Assembly: GCA_002269645.1 (NCBI GenBank)
Contig: NIVC01000934.1
Location: forward strand, 210,166-274,165
Source: Macrostomum lignano
Lineage: Eukaryota
DNA length: 64,000 nucleotides
Direction: 5' to 3'
The notes beneath the pieces are model-generated. The model had not been told where the DNA came from. It saw only the letters and a program-made list of their open reading frames with translations, and did not search any database. Below are positions 48,970 through 60,900 of this stretch, piece by piece. Position 1 is the first letter of the stretch; every line of letters starts with the position of its first letter. The translations under genes and the position numbers were made by a program.

Positions 48970-51900
48970 CTATTTATTGATTAATTGAGTGATTGATTGA
49001 TCGATTGATATCTTGATTGATTGATTGATTGAATGACTGATTGACTTGATTGATTGATTAATTAGCTCTTTACCAGAAAGGCCTCGGAGGAGGTGACATC
49101 CTTCATCTTGAGAAAGATTTCGAAAAACTTCAGGATCATCTGAAATTGGATGAAATCGAATAAAAATGTGATGAGTTCAACATTCGCCTTGTACTACTGA
49201 CAATATTAAGTCTCATTCAGTAGTATATAAAATTCTCACCCACCTCAACATTGGCTGAAGACTCGATCAGCGTCTCCACCATCTGCTTGCCGATGGGGCC
49301 GCCGACCACGTTGCCTTCAAGCATGGACAGCAGCATGACCATCATCTCCTTCTTGAGCTTCATGAACTCCCGCATCAGCTCCAGCTGCTCCGGCTGCTTG
49401 GACAATTTGTCCTGCATGTGAGCGAAGATGTAGAAGAACCCGCCGATGGCGTCCCACAGCCGGCTGTGCGCCAGGGCCAGCTGGTTGCCCACGCAGGGGC
49501 CCTGGATGTACTCTGTGAGGCTGCAGAATATCTGCTTGCCCACCTTGATGCCCGTGACAAAGTTCAGCTTGCCGGCTGTCTCGATGTTGTCCTTGCCGGA
49601 GTAGTGCCAGTAGAAGTCCATCATGGAGTCCTGGGGTGGAGATGGGATAGATTGAGTAGATGGGGTAGATAGGGTGGATAGAGTAGATGGGGTAGATAGG
49701 GTGGATAGAGTAGATGGGGTAGATAGGGTGGATAGAGTAGATGGGGTAGATAGGGTGGATAGAGTAGATGGGGTAGATAGGGTGGATAGAGTAGATGGGG
49801 TAGATAAGGTGGATAGAGTAGATGGGGTAGATAGGGTGGATAGAGTAGATGGGGTAGATAGGGTGGATAGAGTAGATGGGTAGATAGGGTGGATAGAGAG
49901 TAGATAGGGTAGATAGGGTGGATAGAGTAGATAAGGTAGATAGGGTGGATAGAGTAGATAGGGTAGATAGGGTGGATAGAGTAGATAAGGTAGATAGGGT
50001 GGATAGAGAGTAGATGGGGTAGATAGGGTAGATAGAGAGTAGATAGGGTAGATAGGGTGGATAGAGTAGATGGGGTAGATAGGGTGGATAGAGTAGATAG
50101 GGTAGATAGGGTGGATAGAGTAGATAGGGTAGATAGGGTGGATAGAGTAGATAGGGTAGATAGGGTGGATAGAGTAGATGGGGTAGATAGGGTAGATAGA
50201 GAGTAGATAGGGTAGATAGGGTGGATAGAGTAGATGGGGTAGATAGGGTGGATAGAGTAGATAGGGTAGATAGGGTGGATAGAGTAGATAGGGTAGATAG
50301 GGTGGATAGAGTAGATAGGGTAGATAGGGTGGATAGAGTAGATAGGGTAGATAGGGTGGATAGAGTAGATGGGGTAGATAGGGTAGATAGAGAGTAGATA
50401 GGGTAGATAGGGTGGATAGAGTAGATAGGGTAGATAGGGTGGATAGAGTAGATGGGGTAGATAGGGTGGATAGAGTAGATAGGGTAGATAGGGTGGATAG
50501 AGTAGATGGGGTAGATAGGGTGGATAGAGTAGATAGGGTAGATAGGGTGGATAGAGTAGATAGGGTAGATAGGGTGGATAGAGAGTAGATAGGGTAGATA
50601 GGGTGGATAGAGTAGATAGGGTAGATAGGGTGGATAGAGTAGATAGGGTAGATAGGGTGGATAGAGTAGATAGGGTAGATAGGGTGAATAGAGTAGATAG
50701 GGTAGATAGGGTGGATAGAGAGTAGATAGGGTAGATAGGGTGGATAGAGTAGATAGGGTAGATAGGGTGGATAGAGTAGATAGGGTAGATAGGGTGGATA
50801 GAGTAGATAGGGTAGATAGGGTGGATAGAGAGTAGATAGGGTAGATAGGGTGGATAGAGTAGATAGGGTAGATAGGGTGGATAGAGTAGATGGGGTAGAT
50901 AGGGTAGATAGAGAGTAGATAGGGTAGATAGGGTGGATAGAGTAGATAGGGTAGATAGGGTGGATAGAGTAGATGGGGTAGATAGGGTGGATAGAGTAGA
51001 TAGGGTAGATAGGGTGGATAGAGTAGATGGGGTAGATAGGGTGGATAGAGTAGATAGGGTAGATAGGGTGGATAGAGTAGATAGGGTAGATAGGGTGGAT
51101 AGAGAGTAGATAGGGTAGATAGGGTGGATAGAGTAGATAGGGTAGATAGGGTGGATAGAGTAGATAGGGTAGATAGGGTGGATAGAGTAGATAGGGTAGA
51201 TAGGGTGGATAGAGTAGATAGGGTAGATAGGGTGGATAGAGAGTAGATAGGGTAGATAGGGTGGATAGAGTAGATAGGGTAGATAGGGTGGATAGAGTAG
51301 ATAGGGTAGATAGGGTGGATAGAGTAGATAGGGTAGATAGGGTGGATAGAGAGTAGATAGGGTAGATAGGGTGGATAGAGTAGATAGGGTAGATAGGGTG
51401 GATAGAGTAGATAGGGTAGATAGGGTGGATAGAGTAGATAGGGTAGATAGGGTGGATAGAGTAGATAGGGTAGATAGTTACGGCAAGTTATAGCAGCAGC
51501 CTGAATCGCCCTACCTGCAGCCTGAGCAGGTAGTCCACGGTGCAGATGATGAGGTTCACTGTGGTGGTGTTGCCGGCCTGAGTCCGCAGGTAGTCCTGGA
51601 AGGCCAGGTTGTGGCCCTCGCACAGCAGCTGCAGGAAGCGGAAGATTTTGCAGGTGAAGTCGGCGTCCTGCAGGGTGACCACCGACTCGATCGGCACGCC
51701 GAGGTCCTGCGCCTTCTTGTAGCGCTCGAAGGCGTCGAGGTCCAGGACGGTGCACTGCTGCATGAGGCCGGCCAGGCTGGTGAAGAAGCCGACCTCCTTC
51801 TTGTCCTTCAGGTGGCTCAGCATCTTGCGCTGCACGTCCATGTTGCCGCCGAGAAGGATGGAGATGCCCAGATCGATGGTGGCACGGACCACCTCTGTGT

Positions 51901-54900
51901 CTTCGCCGTTGGACGCCGCGATGTTCAGCAGCACCATCTCCGCGGCGCCGCGGTCGGCCAGGCGAGCCTGCAAGATTTCAAGAATGATTCAGCAAGAGTT
52001 CAAGAATGATTCAGCAAGAGATCGAGAATGATTCAGCAAGAGATCGAGAATGATTCAGCAAGAGATCGAGAATGATTCAGCAAGAGATCGAGAATGATTC
52101 AGCAAGAGATCGAGAATGATTCAGCAAGAGTTCAAGAATGATTCAGCAAATATTCGAGAATGATTCAGCAAGAGTTCGAGAATGATTCAGCAAGCCTGAT
52201 TAGCTTCTAAGCTCACCTGTTCGGACAGCAGCTGCTGTTTCTGCATCTCCTGCTCCTCGAAGGAGGCGCCCTCGCCACCGTCGTCGCCATCGCCGCCGTC
52301 GTCGTCGTCATCATCCTCGCCGGAGCAGCTCATGCCCATGATGTTGGCGTAGGCGATGTACAGCGGGTCGTCGCCTGACTGGTCGCTGGCGGACCGACAC
52401 AGGCCGGTGATGAGCTGCTTCAGCCCGTCGGTGCAGGAGATCTCGGGCTCCTCCTCGGCTTCGATGACTCCAGGCGCGGCAGCGCTGGTGATGTCCTCGA
52501 TCAGCTTCACCACCGGCGGCTCCTCGTAGGACAGCCACTGGCGCTTGTAGGCCTTCAGGAACAGGTTGATGACTCGGTGGCGCGGCAGGGCGTGTAGCGG
52601 CAACACCCGGAAGCAGGCCATCACGGCGCGCTTGCGCTGCGAGGTCACCAGCTTCTTCCATACGCCTTTGTGCGTCTGCGGCGGGTGGTCCACCATGTAG
52701 AGGCCGTGCAGCACCTTGGCCATCTTGAACACCTTCAGAATAAGATGGTCGCGGCTGACCCGCTCAACTAAGGCGGCCATGCGGCTCTTGTCGCCCATGT
52801 TCTGGTAGAGGATCTTCTGCCAGCGCTGCTGCGGAGAGCTGGCTTGCTGCGGGATGGGGCGAAGGATCTGATTGGTTACGGGCTTGTGGGGTAGTGAGGT
52901 GGGTGGCAAAGAATCTGATTTGTTGCAGGCTTGTGGAAGTAGTGAGGTGAGTGGCAAAGGATCTCATTGGTTGCGGGCTTGTGGGGTAGTGAGGTGGGTG
53001 GCGAAGGATCTCATTGGTTGCGGTATTGTGGGGTAGTGAGGTGGGTGGCGAAGGATCTCATTGGTTGCGGTATTGTGGGGTAGTGAGGTGGGTGGCGAAG
53101 GATCTCATTGGTTGCGGTATTGTGGGGTAGTGAGGTGGGTGGCGAAGGATCTCATTGGTTGCGGTATTGTGGGGTAGTGAGGTGGGTGGCGAAGGATCTC
53201 ATTGGTTGCGGTATTGTGGGGTAGTGAGGTGGGTGGCGAAGGATCTGATTGGCTGGCGCTGGAAGACCATCCCAAAGAAAATTCCGTCACCCCCAGCTTA
53301 CATCATTGATGTTCTCGAACTCGGCTTTCAGGTACTCGTGAACTTCGTCCTCAAGTTCTTTCTGCAAGTGGGTCAGAGCGATTTGCTACTGAAACAGCAT
53401 AGTAAGTGGTATTAAGCGAGTTTCAGCAACTGAAAATAATGCAAAAGCGCTGCAATTGAGCCATGTTGCAATGCAACAAAAAGCTTAGATTTCAACTCAG
53501 GGAAAACTGTGCTCGCATGCTTTCCGAGTTTGTGCTGCTCACAATAATCAGTTCGTGAAGATTGTGGATTAAAGGTTTGAGTTACATCACTAGTTATTCA
53601 CTGGGGTAAAGTTCTATCTAAACTGTAGAGTTATTGACAACATAATTGACTGAATCGCTGACTAACTAATTAACTGATAGTAATTAAATAGGAACTGAAA
53701 ATACCTGACACTGCTGGCAAGATAATTAAACTGAACAGTGAATCGAATTAGTTCAACGGATAAAACTGGTGACACAGAATATTCGGCAAAAAGCACCGCC
53801 TGACTGCTTTAGTTGGTTAAAAATTGTCACACACTGCTTTAATAGGCACAGGTTAAGATATTTAAGCTCCATCGGCAGCAGCAGCTCTACCTGCGCGTGC
53901 GTGTCGCTCCAGATGGCTTCGTCCTTCAAGGCATAGGACTGTAAATCGTGGGGTTGACAGTTTGATGACGACCCGAAAAGTGTATGTACTACTGTTAAAT
54001 TAGCTAGCTTAAAACTGCCTGCTGACTCCCGTTTTCAGATAAAGATGTTGAATAGATTCTGGCCTGCTGAAATCAATATAGAGGTACTTACAGCTGCTAA
54101 CTTCTTCTTGGTCTTCTGCACCAGCTCCTGCTCCCGGCCGCCCAGTGTGCTCAGGCCTGCGAGGCAGGAATGTTTAGAATGAACTGTAATCCTGACTTGT
54201 CTGTGTAAATTTCTATCCCTCACAGCGATCGCTGATTGGCTGAGCTCAAAGGCTGGCTTGCTGCGCACATTTCTATCCCTCACAGCGATCGCTGATTGGC
54301 TGAGATCAAAGCCTGGCTTGTCTGCGTACATTTCTATTCCTCACAACGATCGCTGATTGGCTGAGCTCAAAGCCTGGCTTGTCTGTGTACATTTCTATCC
54401 CTCACAGCGATCGCTGATTGGCTGAGCTCAAAGGCTGGCTTGTCTGCGCACATTTCTATCCCTCACAGCGATCGCTGATTGGCTGAGCTCAAAGGCTGGC
54501 TTGCTGCGCACATTTCTATCCCTCACAGCGATCGCTGATTGGCTGAGCTCAAAGCCTGGCTTGTCTGCGTACATTTCTATTCCTCACAACGATCGCTGAT
54601 TGGCTGAGCTCAAAGCCTGGCTTGTCTGTGTACATTTCTATCCCTCACAGCGATCGCTGATTGGCTGAGCTCAAAGGCTGGCTTGTCTGCGCACATTTCT
54701 ATCCCTCACAGCGATCGCTGATTGGCTGAGCTCAAAGGCTGGCTTGTCTGCGCACATTTCTATCCCTCACAGCGATCGCTGATTGGCTGAGCTCAAAGGC
54801 TGGCTTGTCTGCGCACATTTCTATCCCTCACAGCGATCGCTGATTGGCTGAGCTCAAAGCCTGGCTTGTCTGCGTACATCCCTCCTCCCCGATTGGCCCT

Positions 54901-57900
54901 CTTCCTCACCGATAGGAAGCAGCCGCTTCATGCAGGCCACGCCTAGCGAATTGTTAAGATTCTCCATCTTGTTCTTTTTGCCCTTCTTAGTGGTCATTCT
55001 GTTCTGCTCCTGATCCGAGTCCGTCTTCATCTTTGAGGCGTTTGGCGACTCCGTGTTGCTCATGATGAGAGCTAGTGGGTTGATCTCGTTCTGAGACACG
55101 AAGCTGTGCTCCTCGCGTTTCATGTACTACGGGAGTGAGGAATTGCAAAATTTGAGAATTGGACGAGAATTGGCTGGGAGGCTGTCGTGCGATTCACATC
55201 ACAGCCATGAAGGCCAGCCCCAAGGCGCACAGAGTGTACATGCCGGCCGATTTGAAAGTCAGGGCCGCTGTACACCCTTTGTGAGCACAGAATTGTGTGT
55301 GCTGAGGAGTCAGCCAGTCCTATAATCATCTTGCGAATTTTTATTTCATTATAACTCCCAACTCACGTGAGATCGAGCCCACACGAAGAAGGTGTCAGCG
55401 ACCGCGTGGCAGAGCCGCTCTGGGATCAGCGAGGGCGCCTTTAGCCAGGTGGTCCGGTGGATGTCGATAAAGCGGATGAGCAGCGGGTAGAAGGCGAACA
55501 TGTTCCGCACGACCTTCTGCACCTTGGCAGACAGCTCCTCCTCCAGCTCCGTGGGGTCGGAAACGTTCCTCTTGTCCACGAAGAACTGCAGCTCGGCCTC
55601 CTCCATCTTCAGCACCTCGTCGCGGAGTTTCTCGGCCACGGGCAGGAAGTACTGCTGAAGCATGTCGTCTGTGGCGTTCTCCACGATGTTGCGGGTGCGC
55701 ATGGCGATGCGGGTCATCCAGGGCGCGTCCTCCACCTCCATGTTGTTCTTGATGAGGTTCAGCACGCTGCCCAGCACGGTGTTCATCAGGTTGGAGGTGA
55801 CCTCGGTGACCTGACTGTCGCCGCCGTCTGTCTGGTTGTCGGGGCCGCGCTTCCACCAGTAGGGCAGGTAGCTGCACAGCATCGGCAGCGTCAGCTCGAT
55901 CACGTGGGGCGCCTCCGAGTAGTTGCCGCCCGTCTCTGCCAGCTTGGCGATCTCGCTCACTATGCTCTGCAGGTTCGGCAGGGTGGTCACGATGTCCGTC
56001 ATCACCTCCCGGATGTCTAGGGAGAAGTTCTCCAGACTGTCCTCAGAGATGTTGTACAGGATTGACGTCTTGTTGCTCTTGTTGAACTTCGGCTCGAGGA
56101 AGGCCACCGGGAAGGTGTTGGCGAAGGCGGCCACGCACTCGCCAACTAGGGGTCGGTGTCTGCGGGGAGAGAGAAGGCGCTGAACTGCTTGAAGAGATCT
56201 GATTAGCTAAGACGGCGCTGAGAGGCTCTGATTGGTGGGAGATGTCTCCTATTGGCTACGGAGGTCTCTGATTGGCTACGGAGGTCTTTGATTGGCTACG
56301 GAGGTCTCTGATTGGCTACGGAGGTCTCTGATTGGCTAAGGAGGTCTCTGATTGGCTACGGAGGTCTTTGATTGGCTACGGAGGTCTCTGATTGGCTACG
56401 GAGGTCTCTGATTGGCTACGGAGGTCTTTGATTGGCTACAGAGGTCTTTGATTGGCTACGGAGGTCTCTGATTGGCTACGGAGGTCTCTGATTGGCTACG
56501 GAGGTCTCTGATTGGCTACGGAGGTTTCTGATTGGGAGTGAGATAGACTCACCTGTCCAGCTCGCTAGAAAGATAATCTCTCTTCACATCGGAGAAGTTG
56601 AAGCAGCCGATATTGTAGAGCCCGCTGAGTATTTTGTAGCAGAACAGCTGGATGTCGCCCACTGAAATTATGAAATTTGTGCCGAATGTCTCGCACTGCG
56701 GATGCGTGCCTGTTGCACACAACTAAACAAAAAGTTTATCAACTTTTGAAACAGAACGCAAATCAACAAAAAAAGAGATTGAGAGTGGATATTTTCGGAA
56801 AACAGTTAAACTTAAACAATTGAAAACAAAGTTTGAATTGAGTTTAGTGTCAGTTACAACAAAGTTAAATAAAGTATCGTAGAGAAGTTAACAGGGGAAC
56901 TCAACACGAACCAGCTTAGCAACAAGCATTATTGATACCTGAGTGAGAGTCGCCTGCTTTGGCGCTGGAGCCTGCAGTTTGTTTTTGCCATGTCTTTACC
57001 AAAAACTTAAGCATGTTTCGCTGCGTCTGAACTTTTTATAGTGTCTTAATTGGAATAAGGGCTAAAGATTCAATGACTACGAACAGTGTACTTTTTAAAA
57101 TACGTAATGTACTTTGCTGTATGATTTTCTACATAATTCTGAAATAAATTTCTCATGTATGGAATGTACTTTATAAAGTTTGGGGTGTACTTTATAAAGT
57201 TTAGAATGTACTTCCAAAGTATGAAATGTACTTTTAAAGTATCTAATATACTTATGAATTATTTAATGTACTTTTAAAGTATTCAATTCGCTTTATAAAG
57301 TTTGGAATGAACTTTTATTGTACAATGTGGCATGTACTTCTGTCGAAATGAAATTTTATTCTGCAAAATGCACTTCACTCACCCAGCAGCTGCTCTCCGC
57401 ACTGATTCTGATGCACGTGCTCAAAGAAGGTCTTAAGCACTGGCACCAGCGCCATGTAGATGTAGTTCAAGCTGGTGGCGCCTCTCTGCAGGGTGCCCTT
57501 GATGTGGGAGAATCTTCCTTTCTTCACGTGCCCGACCAGCTGCATGAGGTCGTCGGCGCAGTTGCTGAAGAACGGCAGGATGTACGCCCTGGCGATCTCC
57601 GGGCTGTTCTTGATGATGGCTCGGATGTCCAGCGACTGCACCACGCCTTCCAGACAGCGGACACAGGTGCCGACGTCGTGTCCGAAGGCCTGGATGTTGG
57701 ACCTGAGCAGCAGGAACAGCTTGGAGAACAGGATGCAGGTGTTCTCCTTCTCCTTCGTGGACGTCTGCTCCACAAAGTACCTCTTATTGGACTGGAAGTA
57801 CTTCTCGATCAGTGGCAGCACCACCTTGCCGAAGAATTTGATCTCCTGCGAGGCCTGCGTGTAGTTGTTGGTGCGGGTGAACTTCTCGCCGTTCTGCAGG

Positions 57901-60900
57901 TTCGTGATGGACATGTAGGCCCGCTCCACGTAGTGCAGCAGCTTGGTGAGCAGCAGGAAGGCGAACCGGTTCTCCACCGACTGCACGGCCGGGTTCTCGC
58001 TCTCGGTGCGGTGGACGGCCTTCTGGTCCGGCGGCGGCTGCAGGATGATGCCCTGCACCTGCAGGTACTTCAGCAGCTCCTGCGCCATCTGGATGTTCCG
58101 CTGCTTCTCGTCGGATGTGAGCAGGTCGTAGTGGATGAGCCCGGGCACCAGGTTGAGCCCGATGGCGGCGTAGCGCTCCTCCTTCTTGCGCAGCTCGTTG
58201 AAGTGCGCGAACTGCGCCAGCCTGTCGCAGGCGGTCAGGGCGTCGCCGCGCAGGGTGATGTTCCTGAGGTCCAGCGGCGCGGGGTTGTAGCCGTGCGGCG
58301 ACTCCAGCGGCTTCATGCCGCTGCGCCTCTCGCTGCTGCCGGCCTGCGACTTGTCCTCGTAGGAGATCTTCCAGTTTAGCGCCACGCTGGCCAGCAGGAT
58401 CTGCTCGACCGAGTAGCGCAGCTGCTTCTGCTCCTTCTCGGCCAGCGTGTGGTACGGCTTCAGGTTCGGCTGCGTCTTGTTCGCCTCATCGTACACTGAG
58501 TCATACTTCCAGCCCTGAGGGGGATGGAGGCTGGGTTCAGATTGGTTCTGCAACTCAACCCCCGGACTCTACTCCCCATCCCACACTCTACTCCCCATCC
58601 CACACACTCCCCATCCCACACTCTACTCCCCATCCCACACACTCTACTCCCCATCCCACACTCTACTCCCCATCCCACACACTCCCCATCCCACACTCTA
58701 CTCCCCATCCCACACTCTACTCCCCATCCCACACTCTACTCCCCATCCCACAGACTCTACTCCCCATCCCACAGATTCTACTCCCCATCCCGCAGATTAT
58801 ACTCCCCATCCCGCAGATTCTACTCCCATCCCGCAGATTCTACTCCCATCCCGCAGATTCTACTCCCATCCCGCAGATTCTACTCCCATCCCGCAGATTC
58901 TACTCCCCAGTCTCAGATTCTACTCCCATCCCGCAGATTCTACTCCCATCCCGCAGATTCTACTCCCATCCCGCAGATTCTAATCCCATCCCGCAGATTC
59001 TACTCCCATCCCGCAGATTCTACTCCATCCCGCAGATTCTACTCCCATCCCGCAGATTCTACTCCCATCCCGCAGATTCTACTCCCATCCCGCAGATTCT
59101 ACTCCCATCCCGCAGATTCTACTCCCATCCCGCAGATTCTACTCCCATCCCGCAGATTCTACTCCCATCCCGCAGATTCTACTCCCATCCCGCAGATTCT
59201 ACTCCCATCCCGCAGATTACTCAGCCGGGCCCACCTGCTCGATCTGCTCCATCGCCCAGCTGTCGTGCCAGTGCTCCACAAAGTGATTGACAAGTCCGGC
59301 GAGATTCTGCGGCACCTTCTGGCTGCGCACCTCGGTGTAGCCGGCCTCCGGGTCGGCCTGGGAGGCGAACTGGTTGCGCACCCCGGTGGGGCAGGTGTAG
59401 TCGGGCGGCAGGGCGCAGGCGATGGATGACAGGCAGGGCAGCGCCTGGCTGAACAAGTCGGCATCGTAGGTCTTGTCGGACAGTGCGTCGAAGATCTCGC
59501 TGAACAGCGTCATGGTGAGCGCCTTCTCCTGCTCGGTGGCCACCTGGCGGCCGCCGCGCACCGAGGAGCTGTAGTAGTAACCGAACTTCTTGTAGTGCAC
59601 CGTCAGCATGCGGAGCGGCACCACCGACTGGGCCGTGAGGTTGCGGATGTCCTGCACGATTTTGTCCAGCAGTTTGGTAAAGATGTGCGGGTTCAGCTGG
59701 CTGGTGATGGCCACCAGGAACTCGCTGATGGTGTCCCGCTGGTTCTTCGTCAGGGTGCTGGTCTTGCTGAGCTTGTAGGCGGTGGACAGGGTGACGTACA
59801 GCAGGCTGTCGTCCACGTCGGTGCAGCTGAAGAAGGTGGCGTGGCGGGTGAGCAGCGGCAGCACCGAGTTGCAGATGTACCGGTTGATGGCCAGCGCCAG
59901 GTCGCTCTCGGCCAGGCCCGGCACGTTCATCGTGGTGGCGTCGCGCATGTCTGGCAGGAAGCAGTTCTTCATCAGCCGGAAGAACGTCTGCGGGTCCTCG
60001 GTGCCGTAGATTCGCTCCAGGAACAGCACCACGGAGGCCTTGTGCTCCGGCAGCAGCCCGGGCGGCAGCCCCGTCTCGTCCTTGTACTCCTCCTCGCCGT
60101 CCTCGTTCACCTGGGGGCCGGGCGATTCGGGGCGTTTCGGGGCGATTCTTGGAGTGATGAGAGGGCGATTCTTGGAGTGATGAGAGGGCGATTCTTGGAG
60201 TGATGAGAGGGCGATTCTTGGAGTGATGAGAGGGCGATTCTTGGAGTGATGAGGGGGCGATTCTTGGAGTGATGAGAGGGCGATTCTTGGAGTGATGAGA
60301 GGGCGATTCTTGGAGTGATGAGGGGGCGATTCTTGGAGTGATGAGAGGGCGATTCTTGGAGTGATGAGAGGGCGATTCTTGGAGTGATGAGGGGGCGATT
60401 CTTGGAGTGATGAGAGGGCGATTCTTGGAGTGATGAGAGGGCGATTCTTGGAGTGATAAGAGGGCAATTCTTGGAGTGATCAAGGGTGATTCTTGGAGTG
60501 ATGAGAGGGCGATTCTTGGAGTGATGAGAGGGCGATTCTTGGAGTGATGAGAGGGCGATTCTTGGAGTGATGAGAGGGCAGTTCTTGGAGTGATGAGAGG
60601 GCGATTCTTGGAGTGATGAGAGGGCAATTCTTGGAGTGATGAGAGGGCGATTCTTGGAGTGATCAAGGGTGATTCTTGGAGTGATGAGAGGGCGATTCTT
60701 GGAGTGATCAAGGGCGAATCTTGGAGTGATCATGGGGTGATTCTTGGAGTGATCAGTAGCGATTTTTTGAGTGATCAGGGGCGATTCTTGGAGTGATCAG
60801 AGGACGATTTTGGAGCGATCAGAGGACGATTTTGGAGCGATCAGAGAGTGATTGTTGAAGTGATCAAACAAAAAAAAATTCGAAGGAAAATTGAATAAAC

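Noticed and set aside
49317-51755. Long ORFs (812 aa here; also 40799-41809, 59221-60711, 16069-16737, 16962-17579, 37027-37889, 38023-39030)
   Set aside because: Stop-free minisatellites or shadow frames of real GC-rich exons.
54200-54880. CRISPR-like regular repeats (also 26519-26958)
   Set aside because: Head-to-tail units with no unique spacers, no cas genes and a eukaryotic context.
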